DNA from: Clostridium thermobutyricum | Lineage (GTDB): Bacteria > Bacillota > Clostridia > Ch29 | DNA length: 64,000 bases | Assembly: GCA_016841565.1 (NCBI GenBank) | Contig: JAENYX010000007.1 | Coordinates: 25,664 to 89,663 of the forward strand | Direction: 5' to 3' | Shown here: positions 30,289 to 39,909 of the stretch, one piece after another | How the letters are laid out: each line of letters starts with the position of its first letter | Position numbering within the stretch: position 1 is the stretch's first letter | The notes under the pieces: model-generated | What the model saw: the letters and a program-made list of their open reading frames with translations, nothing else | The model's database searches: none | Told to the model about the DNA's origin: nothing | Made by a program: the position numbers and the translations under genes

Positions 30289-31263
30289 TTACATCCTCAG
30301 GTCACGGCCGTAAAACTTCAGCGCCGTATAGTGCGCAGACATTCTGGAAAAGACTCTCTGGCCGTAGGTATCAATAAGCTGCTCAGGTTTAAGGTTTGTG
30401 GAAATAATTGTTTTTCTTCTCTCCAAAAGTCTGGAATTTACAATATTAAAAAGTTCGGATGTCGTAAAACTGTTTGAAAGCTCGGTTCCCAGGTCGTCAA
30501 TTATTAACAGGTCGCAGGTCAGCATGTAATCCAGCTGCTCCTTGGCCATTAAAGCATCGGTTGGCCGGAACCTGAACTCTTCAAGTATTTTAAACAGCTT
30601 GAAGGAGGTAAGGTATAAAACCAGTTTTCCCTTATCCAACAGCTTCTTGGCAATGCAGTTGCATAAGAAGGTCTTGCCCAGCCCGGTGCTGCCGTAAAAA
30701 AGCAGGTTTTCTGCATTATCATTTTCGAAATTATGCGCAAAGCCTTCACAGCGGCTTAGTATATCCAGCATATTCTGTCTGGGGGTCTTTGGATAATCTT
30801 GATATTTTTCATTGGAAAACAGATCCAGATCAAAGGTATTGAAGTTCTCCCTAGACAGAATATTACCAAGGTTGGACTGACTGTAGGCTTTACTTACAAG
30901 CTTCTGTTTAAAGCAGGCGCACTTCTTATATTCTATGTACCCCGTATCTTTGCAGTGCTTGCATACATACTTGATATCCAAATAGTCGGACGGGTACCCG
31001 TGTTCTTTAAGAAGCGCAAGCTTTTCTTCCTTTAGCTGCTTTATTTTTTGAGAGAAAGCCTTTAGGTATTCCTTTTGCGACTGACTGTCCAAACCGATGG
31101 AATAGGAGGTGCATTCAAGGCCAAGCTTATTTATGGTGTCATCTATTTCCTTTAGCCTTGGAATTGTCCGGTGGGCTTTTTGTACCCTTATATCTCTCTC
31201 TTTCTCCGCTTTAGACTGCAGAGACTGATATTCTTTTAATAATTCGCTGACTGTCTTTTCCAT
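30289..31263 (-). CDS. Helicase loader ATPase, DnaI/DnaC family (IstB-like AAA+)
   Basis: Walker A GSTGLGKTFL, Walker B LLIIDDLG and an N-terminal Cys cluster (CKHCKDTGY...CACF) typical of DnaI zinc-binding domains are present. It forms an operon with the upstream DnaD-domain gene. No transposase lies nearby, so it is not an IS21 element. Confidence 0.8.
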   Translation of the reverse strand: MEKTVSELLKEYQSLQSKAEKERDIRVQKAHRTIPRLKEIDDTINKLGLECTSYSIGLDSQSQKEYLKAFSQKIKQLKEEKLALLKEHGYPSDYLDIKYVCKHCKDTGYIEYKKCACFKQKLVSKAYSQSNLGNILSRENFNTFDLDLFSNEKYQDYPKTPRQNMLDILSRCEGFAHNFENDNAENLLFYGSTGLGKTFLCNCIAKKLLDKGKLVLYLTSFKLFKILEEFRFRPTDALMAKEQLDYMLTCDLLIIDDLGTELSNSFTTSELFNIVNSRLLERRKTIISTNLKPEQLIDTYGQRVFSRMSAHYTALKFYGRDLRM

Positions 31264-31283
31264 AATAACCCCTTCTCTTTAAG

Positions 31284-32312
31284 TTAAGCGTCTTTGTGTT
31301 TGTTCAGTATTTCCTCAAGCTGTTCGTTCGTCAGCTTTAGTGCCGGTTGGTCAAAGTTATGGAATTTATTCTTTGAAATCTTGCGTTTTGGCCGTTTGGG
31401 TTCCTTGTTATCAGCAGGTATGTCCTTAACAGATTGTACCCTGTCTCCATGCCATCTGGATATAATACTGTCTATATAGGTCAGAGACGGATTGGCAACC
31501 TGTATTATTGCCGTGTCACAAGCCTTTAGGATGACATCTATGGGCATATTATACACATCAAACCATTTGTCCATAAATTCTTTTTCTATTTTTGTAGGGT
31601 TTTTGGTTCTCCCCATAGCTTTCATAACCCTGCTGTAGCGGCTGTACTTGCTGTCGGTAGCCTCCAGATGCTCCTGCAGTCTTGGCATGGTATTTATATT
31701 GTTGTCGTACCAGTTGCTTATAACGGTACTTATATACCTGATATTTTTAACTCCTCTTTTTTCCACCGAGTATCGGAAGGCCTCTTCGATTATTTCCGGA
31801 GCCATTTTGAAATCATACAGCCATTCCAGGCATTGTAGGCTTTCATTGGGGTTTAATGGCCGGCACATAATCTGCTGTATTTCATTAAACATATCCCTTA
31901 TTCTAATGTCTCTCATAGCCTGTGTGAGGTCCAAGGGGGTATAGGAGCCCGATCTGCCCTGGGGGGCGTCGTTTGCCGTGCTGCGGTAGTTGTCTATATA
32001 TAATTGCTTCAGGCTTAAGAATTCAACCGAAAACTCTGTGTCATCATTACCCAGGAAGTGCTTTTTTATTATTTTTTTATTTTCCCAGTAGTCCCATGCT
32101 TTAAGCACATCCGATGCAGGAATATCCAGCGTACGTGCTATGTTTTTATTAGAAAAACTGGGGGACGGATCGGAACTGCAGGCGTATTTATACCCCAGCA
32201 GATATACCTTTACATAATCACCATGGGCGGAGGGCATAAAAGCATCCAGAAATATGTTCTCTACGGGGGTATCTTCAATATCTATGCTGGTTTTTCCTTT
32301 GATAAATCTCAT
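31284..32312 (-). CDS. DnaD-domain replication initiation protein (Bacillus DnaB/DnaD family)
   Basis: A 342-aa ORF with DnaD-like DDBH domains. The motif YxxxIxxxW is found in IDSIISRWHGD. It lies directly upstream of the dnaI-like gene. Confidence 0.7.
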   Translation of the reverse strand: MRFIKGKTSIDIEDTPVENIFLDAFMPSAHGDYVKVYLLGYKYACSSDPSPSFSNKNIARTLDIPASDVLKAWDYWENKKIIKKHFLGNDDTEFSVEFLSLKQLYIDNYRSTANDAPQGRSGSYTPLDLTQAMRDIRIRDMFNEIQQIMCRPLNPNESLQCLEWLYDFKMAPEIIEEAFRYSVEKRGVKNIRYISTVISNWYDNNINTMPRLQEHLEATDSKYSRYSRVMKAMGRTKNPTKIEKEFMDKWFDVYNMPIDVILKACDTAIIQVANPSLTYIDSIISRWHGDRVQSVKDIPADNKEPKRPKRKISKNKFHNFDQPALKLTNEQLEEILNKHKDA

Positions 32313-32467
32313 ATTATCACTCCGGATTAATAGTTTTTACCTTTGTTTCCATTATAACATAATAGTTATTACCCTTCCTACCATGGCATAAAAATAAATT
32401 AGCGAAAAGACAGCGCATCTAATTAACCGGTATTCCTGATAAATATCAGGGGACAGTTCTACTTTTA

Positions 32468-34006
32468 TTGTATAGCTCCGGGGGCGGAGGAATGTTCCGA
32501 ATTGAAATACGGGGAGGGGTTGGCTTGAAAAGAGTAATTGCAATAATTTTGCTGACTGTTGTTTTGGGAACATCCTGTAGTTATTTACAGGATAAGTATG
32601 CTCCTACAACAGAATTTCCAACAAAGGAGATTTGTGTTAACCAGTATAACATAAACTGCTATTTTGATGAGGTGGAGAAATTGCTCAAGGGTTATGAACA
32701 TCTGACATACTATAACAATGGAGAGACCATTCTGGGGGATATATATATACACCTGTATCCCAACGCTTTTGAAAACATTAATGAAGCTCCTTTTGCTCCC
32801 TCGGAGCATAAAGACGCATATCCTCTTGGCTTTGATACGGGCTTTCTTAATGTAGACAGCGTTAGGGTGGATGGAGAGCAAGGAAGCTGGGAGTATAAAG
32901 ATACCGGAAGACAGGTTATGAGAATAAAGCTGCCCCGGCCTATTGAGCCCGGGGATTACATAGATATAGACATAAACTTTACCGTTAAGTTTCCCCGCTG
33001 TTATGGGCGGTTTGGATATGGGGAGAAGACAATAAAGGCAGCCAATTGGTATCCTATAGCTGCGGTCTTTGACCACCGGGGCTGGAATTTGGACCCATAT
33101 CATTCGATAGGGGACCCTTTTTACAGCGATATGGGGGATTACCAAATAAGGCTGGTGCTTCCCCAAAGCTATACGGTGGCAGCAACCGGGGACATTATAA
33201 AAAACAGAAAGCATGACAATGGAAACAGGGAATGGACCATTAAGGCGGAGAAGGTAAGAGACTTTGTATGGATTGCCAGTGAGGACTTTAAGGTTAGCAG
33301 TAAAAAAACCGATGGTATAACGGTAAAGTCTTACCATTTTGACAGTGAAACGGGGGAAAAGGCCCTTGAGGTTGCTGTCCACGCGTTAAAGGTGTTTAAT
33401 GAGAGTTTCGGCAAATATCCCTACAAGAACTATTCGGTAGTGGCGGCAGATTTTTTTATCGGAGGAATGGAATATCCTAATCTTGTTTTAATTGGGAAAG
33501 AGTTATATAATATTGAAAGGTTATTTACTCTCGAATACATAATTGCGCATGAAACTGCGCACCAGTGGTGGTATGGCATGGTGGGCAGCAATCCGTCAAG
33601 GGAAGCCTGGCTGGACGAAGGGTTGACGGAATATTCTACCATATTGTACTTCGAAAAAAGATACGGTGACGATACTGCACAAGGGCTGCTGGATAATCTT
33701 ATTAGAAAAAGATACGACAGCTACCTGGCCGGGAATAACCACCGCCATTTGAAAATATACGGAGATTTGACCGAGCATAGCCATCCGGAGGATTATCATG
33801 CCATTGTGTACTGTGGAGGAGCTCTGATATTCCATAACCTCCGGGAGATATTGGGAGACGAAGATTTCTTTAAGGTCTTGGAGATTTATTTCAGGAACTA
33901 TGCTTTCGAAAACGCAACCACCGAAGATTTTATACGTATTGTTGAAGATGTCAGCAGAGTAAGCCTGGGGGACCAAATCCGTCAATGGCTTACTTTGGGA
34001 GTATAA
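32468..34006 (+). CDS. M1-family zinc metallopeptidase (aminopeptidase N-like), probable lipoprotein/secreted
   Basis: HETAHQWWYG (HEXXH) and a downstream WLDEGLTEY glutamate are present. The N-terminal hydrophobic segment ends in LGTSC. The start codon is uncertain, and TTG or GTG internal starts are possible. Confidence 0.8.
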   Translation: MYSSGGGGMFRIEIRGGVGLKRVIAIILLTVVLGTSCSYLQDKYAPTTEFPTKEICVNQYNINCYFDEVEKLLKGYEHLTYYNNGETILGDIYIHLYPNAFENINEAPFAPSEHKDAYPLGFDTGFLNVDSVRVDGEQGSWEYKDTGRQVMRIKLPRPIEPGDYIDIDINFTVKFPRCYGRFGYGEKTIKAANWYPIAAVFDHRGWNLDPYHSIGDPFYSDMGDYQIRLVLPQSYTVAATGDIIKNRKHDNGNREWTIKAEKVRDFVWIASEDFKVSSKKTDGITVKSYHFDSETGEKALEVAVHALKVFNESFGKYPYKNYSVVAADFFIGGMEYPNLVLIGKELYNIERLFTLEYIIAHETAHQWWYGMVGSNPSREAWLDEGLTEYSTILYFEKRYGDDTAQGLLDNLIRKRYDSYLAGNNHRHLKIYGDLTEHSHPEDYHAIVYCGGALIFHNLREILGDEDFFKVLEIYFRNYAFENATTEDFIRIVEDVSRVSLGDQIRQWLTLGV

Positions 34007-34140
34007 GTGTAAGTTGGAAAAATGAATAAAAAAGCTAATACTGGCAGATAATTAGATTGTGATTACAGATTGTACATAAGAGGAAATCCTCCCATGATAT
34101 AGAAAGTAAATAATTAGCAATGGTGGAAAGGGGAGTAACA

Positions 34141-35550
34141 ATGGATAAGCCGCCGATTGAGAATCCTGTAAGCGAACGGATGGGACGACTTATAGGCAAG
34201 TTAGGCGACCGGGAAAGAAAAGCTGCTATAGCTATAGGCGCTGCAATAGTTCTGTTTGTAGCAGTTTTTGCGTACGTCAGGTTATCCAATACCGCATATA
34301 TGGTATCTCTGAATGGTACCGGCATAGGAATGGTTAAGGACAGGAAAATTGCCATGAAGGTCCTGGACCAGATAAATGATGAAATATTGGGAGAGAATAA
34401 GAACGGGGAACTGGTCCTGACAGCCGAACTCAAGCTGGAGAAGACAAAAATAGATACAGATGTGGACAGAATCCTGGATAAGGAAAGCTTGAAAGAAGAG
34501 TTAAGAAAGAATATTGAACTTAAGAGAAAAGCCATCACCCTTTGTATTGACGACAGTCCCATACTTTCGGTAATAGGGATGGATAAGGCCCGGAATCTTT
34601 TGGAAAGAATTAAGGAGTCCTTCGTTTCAAAGGATGACGGGGTAATTGTCAGCAATATAGACATAAAGGAAAAGGTTGAACTTCTGGACAACCCTGTGGA
34701 GCCCGAGGATATAATGGATCCGGAGGATGCATATAAATTCCTGCTGAACGGTACTACCGAGAGCAAGGAATACAAGGTTGCCAAGGGAGATAGTCTATGG
34801 GGCATATCTATGAACAACAATATCTCAGTAGAGGACCTGGAGCGGGCAAACCCCAGCGTTGACCCCAAAAAGCTACAGATAGGGCAGATGCTCAGCATGA
34901 TCGTTCCAAAGCCCTTTGTGACCGTAGTGACGGAAGAAGTAGTCACCTTAAAAGAAAGTATACCCTATGAAACTGCATATAAGGAAAGCAGTGAGTTTTA
35001 TAAGGGCGAATCCATAGTCAAGGTTTCGGGAAAGTACGGAGAGCGCGAAATTACTGCCAGGATTATCAGAGAGAACGGTATAGAAACCGGGCGGGATATA
35101 CTTGAGGAAAAAATAATCAAAGCTCCTGTTACAAGGATGGTTGCTGTTGGGACAAAACCCCCGCCGCCCAGGCAGGGAACCGGGACCCTTGCATACCCGG
35201 CCAGAGGCAGAATTACCTCCGGATTCGGATGGAGATGGGGAAGAATGCATAACGGCATTGATATAGGGATTCCCGAGGGGACGCCGGTTAAGGCAGCCGA
35301 TGGCGGCACCGTAGTGTTTTCAGGCAGACGGGGGGAGCTTGGCAATTTGGTTATTATTGACCACGGAGAAGGTATTGAGACTTATTACGGACATAATTCA
35401 AAAAACCTGGTGTCCAAGGGAGACAAGGTTTTCAAGGGACAGACAATAGCAATGTCAGGGAGTACCGGAAAGGTTACCGGACCTCATCTGCATTTTGAGG
35501 TAAGAAAATTCGGTGTCCCGGGTAATCCCAGAAACTATCTGGCAGAATAG
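34141..35550 (+). CDS. Membrane-anchored peptidoglycan endopeptidase with LysM, G5 and M23 (LytM) domains
   Basis: An N-terminal TM helix is followed by a LysM domain (YKVAKGDSLWGISMNNNISVEDLERANP), a G5-like segment and M23 motifs (HNGIDIG...HLHFEV). The start at MDKPP follows a GGGGAG RBS. Confidence 0.8.
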   Translation: MDKPPIENPVSERMGRLIGKLGDRERKAAIAIGAAIVLFVAVFAYVRLSNTAYMVSLNGTGIGMVKDRKIAMKVLDQINDEILGENKNGELVLTAELKLEKTKIDTDVDRILDKESLKEELRKNIELKRKAITLCIDDSPILSVIGMDKARNLLERIKESFVSKDDGVIVSNIDIKEKVELLDNPVEPEDIMDPEDAYKFLLNGTTESKEYKVAKGDSLWGISMNNNISVEDLERANPSVDPKKLQIGQMLSMIVPKPFVTVVTEEVVTLKESIPYETAYKESSEFYKGESIVKVSGKYGEREITARIIRENGIETGRDILEEKIIKAPVTRMVAVGTKPPPPRQGTGTLAYPARGRITSGFGWRWGRMHNGIDIGIPEGTPVKAADGGTVVFSGRRGELGNLVIIDHGEGIETYYGHNSKNLVSKGDKVFKGQTIAMSGSTGKVTGPHLHFEVRKFGVPGNPRNYLAE

Positions 35551-35576
35551 AAAGAGGGCAAACGCTCTCTTTTTTC
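35551..35576. terminator. Convergent terminator between the M23 gene and the S8 peptidase gene
   Basis: AAAGAG-ggcaaacgct-CTCTTT followed by TTTTT. The minus-strand stop codon overlaps the T-tract. Confidence 0.5.
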
Positions 35577-36850
35577 TATTCAAGCAGTTTATTTATATCG
35601 GGAAGACCTGAGCCCTGCTGTCCCTTCAACAGCTTAAGGCTTTTGCAGCTGTGCCTTAACAGGGATTTTATTTCATCGGGAGTAAGTTGGGGATTCTTTT
35701 CAAGGAGTAGTGCTATGGTGCCGGTAACGGCAGCACAGGCAGCGGAAGTACCGTACCCCTGTCGGTAATAGCTGTCCAACCGTATATTTCTGTACGCCAG
35801 TGAAGATTTTGGATTAAAGGTCAAATCTGCATTAAGAGAGATTATACCGGTGCCCGGGGCAACAAAATCAGGTCCCCGGTTGCCATCCTTTGCCAAGCCT
35901 CTGCTGGAAAACACGCTTAGCGGCTCTGCGGCGGATATAGCTCCGCCACAGCTTTGTAGCGCTCCTACGGTGATTATATTCGGATTTATACCGGGGGATG
36001 ATACCCAGGAGTATTCGGGACCATTGTTTCCTGCCGACGTGCATACCACAACCCCTGAGTCCCATAATATCTGTGCTGCCACCGACAGAGGGTCTTCCCG
36101 GAAGGACAGGAAGTTAACAGAACCCAGGGGGAGGCAGACCAATCTGATATTATATTTTCCCCGGTTATCGAACACCCACTGCAAACCCGACAAAACGTCC
36201 GATACCCATCCGTTGCCGCTTTGGTTTAATACTTTCAGACTTATTAGTCTTGACCCGGGAGCAACACCCATGTATTCATCCTTTGACATACAGCCATTTC
36301 CGGAGATAATTCCGGCCGTAAAGGTTCCGTGTCCATTGTCATCGTAGGCGAATTCGCAGCCGTTGATAAAATCTTTGAAATAAAGAATACGGTTCACCGG
36401 TCTTATCAAATCGGGATGGGGATATGTACCGGTGTCCAATAGAGCTATGTTTATGTTTTTTCCGGTATAGCTCAGGTTATGGGCAATATTTGAGCCCATG
36501 ATGACTGACATATTTTTTAGATGCGCCCAAACGGGAGAGTTTAACGACAGGTACCGTACCTGATACAATGCTTCCAGCGGTTTGATGCCGGCAGGAGGTA
36601 TTACGGCGTTGCATGCTTTGATTAGGGAGTATTCCTCCACCAGTCTGCCGCCGTGTTTAGCTATACATTTTTTAATTCTCCCGTCAATACCTTCGGTGGA
36701 CTGAATTATTATTGACAGATGCCGGGGTTTTTTATTTTGAATAATATTCTTAACGGCGGGATCCAGCCTGCACCGCAGCAAAGCTCCCTTTAATAACATA
36801 TCCATGGCACCCAAACAAATCACTCCCGGTAAACTAATCGGTATATACAT
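35576..36850 (-). CDS. S8-family (subtilisin-like) serine peptidase, no obvious signal peptide
   Basis: The catalytic triad is visible in Asp (ALLDTG), His (HGTFTAG) and Ser (GTSAACA). An I9-like propeptide is present at the N-terminus. Confidence 0.8.
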   Translation of the reverse strand: MYIPISLPGVICLGAMDMLLKGALLRCRLDPAVKNIIQNKKPRHLSIIIQSTEGIDGRIKKCIAKHGGRLVEEYSLIKACNAVIPPAGIKPLEALYQVRYLSLNSPVWAHLKNMSVIMGSNIAHNLSYTGKNINIALLDTGTYPHPDLIRPVNRILYFKDFINGCEFAYDDNGHGTFTAGIISGNGCMSKDEYMGVAPGSRLISLKVLNQSGNGWVSDVLSGLQWVFDNRGKYNIRLVCLPLGSVNFLSFREDPLSVAAQILWDSGVVVCTSAGNNGPEYSWVSSPGINPNIITVGALQSCGGAISAAEPLSVFSSRGLAKDGNRGPDFVAPGTGIISLNADLTFNPKSSLAYRNIRLDSYYRQGYGTSAACAAVTGTIALLLEKNPQLTPDEIKSLLRHSCKSLKLLKGQQGSGLPDINKLLE

Positions 36851-36940
36851 AATATGCTGCGGCTGCCCGATTGGTTAATTGACATATTATATTCTTTGGG
36901 ATAAATTAAAGTAAAGGAACATTATGAAAGGGAAGATATT

Positions 36941-38035
36941 ATGAATAGAATTGTAATGATCTTAATAATAATGGGTCTAATCATTACCGGATGCAGCCGG
37001 ATGCCGGCTGTTGAGGTTGAACAGACGCCCCCCGCCGGGCAAGAAGAGGAGGTTGGGCCGCTGCCGCTCACCCTGGTAGCTGTGGGAGATATTATGCTGT
37101 CAAGGGGTGTCGCAGGAAAAATAAGAGATAATTCGGCACATTTTCCCTTTGAAGCAACCAAACATATAACTTCCAAAGGAGATATTACCTTTGGTAATCT
37201 TGAGACCACCATTGCAGCAACGGGGACGCAGCTTCCGGGCAAGGGTATTTGGTTCAGAGCGGTTCCTCACGCCACAGAAGGTTTAAAGGATGCCGGCTTT
37301 GATATTCTGTCTTTGGCAAACAATCACATTCTGGATTATGATACTCCTGCCCTTATTGAGACAATGGACAACCTTGAGAGGGCAGGAATTGGATACGTGG
37401 GAGCAGGGGAAAACCTTGAGCAGGCAAGAAGACCATTAATTATTGTGAAAAATGGTGTCAGAGTTGGTTTTTTGGCATATCATGAATTCTACCATTATTT
37501 TTGGAGTTATTCCTACAGAAGGTCCTTTGAAGCAACCGAGGATACGGCTGGTACAACACCAATGAAGGAAGAGCTTATCAAAGAGGATATAGCAAAGCTT
37601 AAGGATTTATGCGATGTTGTGGTTGTCTCGCTGCACTGGGGAATTGAGGACAGCAACAGAGTTACCCGTGCGCAGCAGCAGCTTGCCTATAAAATTGTCG
37701 ATTGGGGCGCAGATATAATCCTGGGACACCATCCTCATGTGCTGCAGGGGATTGAGTTTTATAATGACAGTCTTATAGTATACAGCCTGGGCAACTTTGT
37801 TTTTGACCAAAACCGCGAGAACAACAACCAGAGCATTATTCTCGAAATAGCCTTGGAGGATAATGAAATTGTCCGGGTTGCAGCCCTGCCCATATATATA
37901 TATGGTAATTATCAGCCTGGCATACCGGATGATGCAAGGAAAGAATATATTCTCAATAAGATAGCCCAGTTAAGTGAGGCCTTAGGGACTTCAGTGCTCA
38001 AGGAGGAGGAAAGGGTAATCTTCGGAGAAATATAG
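36941..38035 (+). CDS. CapA/PGA_cap family metallophosphatase-like lipoprotein
   Basis: A lipobox (IITGCS) is followed by the PGA_cap-like pattern LTLVAVGDIMLSRG...ANNHILDY...LHWGIE. Confidence 0.75.
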   Translation: MNRIVMILIIMGLIITGCSRMPAVEVEQTPPAGQEEEVGPLPLTLVAVGDIMLSRGVAGKIRDNSAHFPFEATKHITSKGDITFGNLETTIAATGTQLPGKGIWFRAVPHATEGLKDAGFDILSLANNHILDYDTPALIETMDNLERAGIGYVGAGENLEQARRPLIIVKNGVRVGFLAYHEFYHYFWSYSYRRSFEATEDTAGTTPMKEELIKEDIAKLKDLCDVVVVSLHWGIEDSNRVTRAQQQLAYKIVDWGADIILGHHPHVLQGIEFYNDSLIVYSLGNFVFDQNRENNNQSIILEIALEDNEIVRVAALPIYIYGNYQPGIPDDARKEYILNKIAQLSEALGTSVLKEEERVIFGEI

Positions 38036-38097
38036 GATATATTACCTATGAAGTTTACATAACGTTTTGTTATAATCAATCTGAGGTGATTCCGGTT

Positions 38098-38898
38098 ATG
38101 GGGGGCTTTGGCAGAGGTCGGGCAGCAGTCATATTAACACTGTTGCTCACAATACTTTTTTTAAGCACAAATTATATAAAACCCGCTGCCGTAACGATAG
38201 TGCAAGTGGCAGAAAGGGCCAGGCTTAAAAGATTGACTGTTGATTATGCTGTTAAGGAAACAGAAAACTTTCTCATTCGGTTTTCAGATAAGGACATTGG
38301 CGTAATCCGGAGGGTTGAGTATCAGGCGCAAAAGCAGTTTGACGCAGTAACCGAATACTTTGGGTATAACCCGGAAACAAAGATTACGTTAACGGTGTAT
38401 CAAGATAAGAATCATTTACAAAAAGGATTAAGACTTCCCTATAAGGGCACTACTTTAGGAGCTTACTATGCAGGAACCATAAGCGTCCTTTCTCCAAGTG
38501 TGTGGGGACATGAAGGAGATGCGGCTGAGGAAGGTCTGTATATACACGAATTAACACACCTGATAATGTCGGATATGGCAGGCGGCAATTATCCCATGTG
38601 GTTTACCGAAGGAATGGCTTTATATCAGGAATATATTAATACAGGGTTTGAATGGGGAAGGGAGTATAAATTTGAAGATTTGCCCTATTCAATACAAGAA
38701 TTAACCGACCACTTTGCCAAATTGGACCAGTTTATAGCATATAAACAGTCTTTTTTACTGGTCAAAACACTGGTGGAACGGGAAGGCAGAAATAAAGTTT
38801 TTGAATTGTTAGAAACCCTTAAGGGAGATGTGCCCTTTGATTTAGCATTTGAACGGGTTTATGGATACTCCCCCGACCAATATGAAAATTCTTTTTAA
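38098..38898 (+). CDS. Putative membrane-anchored zinc metalloprotease-like protein (HEXXH motif)
   Basis: An N-terminal TM helix, HELTHL and a downstream Glu (EGMALYQE) are present. The ATG at 38098 was preferred because of a GAGGTG RBS. Confidence 0.45.
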   Translation: MGGFGRGRAAVILTLLLTILFLSTNYIKPAAVTIVQVAERARLKRLTVDYAVKETENFLIRFSDKDIGVIRRVEYQAQKQFDAVTEYFGYNPETKITLTVYQDKNHLQKGLRLPYKGTTLGAYYAGTISVLSPSVWGHEGDAAEEGLYIHELTHLIMSDMAGGNYPMWFTEGMALYQEYINTGFEWGREYKFEDLPYSIQELTDHFAKLDQFIAYKQSFLLVKTLVEREGRNKVFELLETLKGDVPFDLAFERVYGYSPDQYENSF

Positions 38899-39209
38899 TG
38901 GTATTCTGAAAAGATGAAATATGCAAGGGTTGGGGGACCCTTGCATACAAAAAATGGGGATTGATTGGGGGATTTTACTGATCTACTTACATTATTCGAT
39001 AGCCATCTACAGTAAAGGCTTTATCTATATACTATTCTAACCAAAAAGTGACAAATGTCCATAGGAAATGCCGTCTATTTTTACCGGGACATTCGGCCTA
39101 TAACAATGCGGGACAAATCCCCTGTGTGCTTGTTATTGATCCTTGTAAGAAGGAAAAAGCATTCAGAGGTATAATATATTAATTATAAACTATATGAGGT
39201 GATGAGGCT

Positions 39210-39905
39210 TTGAACAAAAAAATTCTGGTTGTAGACGATGAAAAGCCAATAGCTGACATTCTTAAGTTTAATTTGGAAAAGGAGGGTTACTCGGTTGAAC
39301 TGGCCTACGATGGCCAGGAAGCGATTGAGAAGACTCAAAAGGGTAACCCTGATTTGATTTTGCTGGATATTATGCTTCCAAAGATTGATGGCTTTGCAGT
39401 ATGTAAAATGATAAGAAAAAATATTCAGATACCCATTATTATGCTTACGGCTAAGGAGGAAGAAGTGGACAAAGTCCTGGGGCTGGAACTTGGAGCCGAT
39501 GACTATATAACCAAGCCCTTCGGCGTCAGAGAACTGCTGGCGCGGGTAAAGGCCAATCTGAGAAGGGCAGAAATACCCATTGACAGTGATACTAATTCGG
39601 GTAGCTTTATCAAGTCGGGCAATTTGGTTATTGACCCCGGCAAGTATGAAGTAAGGAAGGAAGGAAAGCCGGTAGAGCTTACACTTAGGGAGTTTGAACT
39701 TATCAAGCACCTGGCTACACAGTCAGAGCAGGTTTTTACAAGGGAAGCACTGCTTGAGGATGTGTGGGGCTATGAGTATTATGGAGACGTGAGGACGGTG
39801 GACGTTACCATACGCAGACTCAGGGAAAAGATTGAGGACGATTCCAGCAACCCTAAGTTCATAATTACAAAGCGCGGCGTGGGTTACTATTTCAGGAGGG
39901 TTTAG
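39210..39905 (+). CDS. walR: Essential cell-wall two-component response regulator WalR (YycF, OmpR family)
   Basis: The receiver domain ([10 protein letters not shown]...[14 protein letters not shown]) and a winged-helix C-terminus are present. It is followed by walK and the yycHIJ/htrA synteny. Confidence 0.85.
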   Translation: MNKKILVVDDEKPIADILKFNLEKEGYSVELAYDGQEAIEKTQKGNPDLILLDIMLPKIDGFAVCKMIRKNIQIPIIMLTAKEEEVDKVLGLELGADDYITKPFGVRELLARVKANLRRAEIPIDSDTNSGSFIKSGNLVIDPGKYEVRKEGKPVELTLREFELIKHLATQSEQVFTREALLEDVWGYEYYGDVRTVDVTIRRLREKIEDDSSNPKFIITKRGVGYYFRRV

Positions 39906-39909
39906 GTGA

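Noticed and set aside
30289-31263. An IstB-like AAA+ ATPase next to tRNA genes, which could indicate an IS21-family element
   Set aside because: No IstA transposase and no terminal inverted repeats are present. The partner gene is a DnaD-domain protein, and the ATPase carries an N-terminal DnaI-type zinc module, so it is called a helicase loader rather than a mobile element.
29565-32400. Prophage or integrative element at the tRNA-Thr 3' end
   Set aside because: No integrase or recombinase ORF, no phage structural genes and no direct repeat of the tRNA 3' end were seen within the window.
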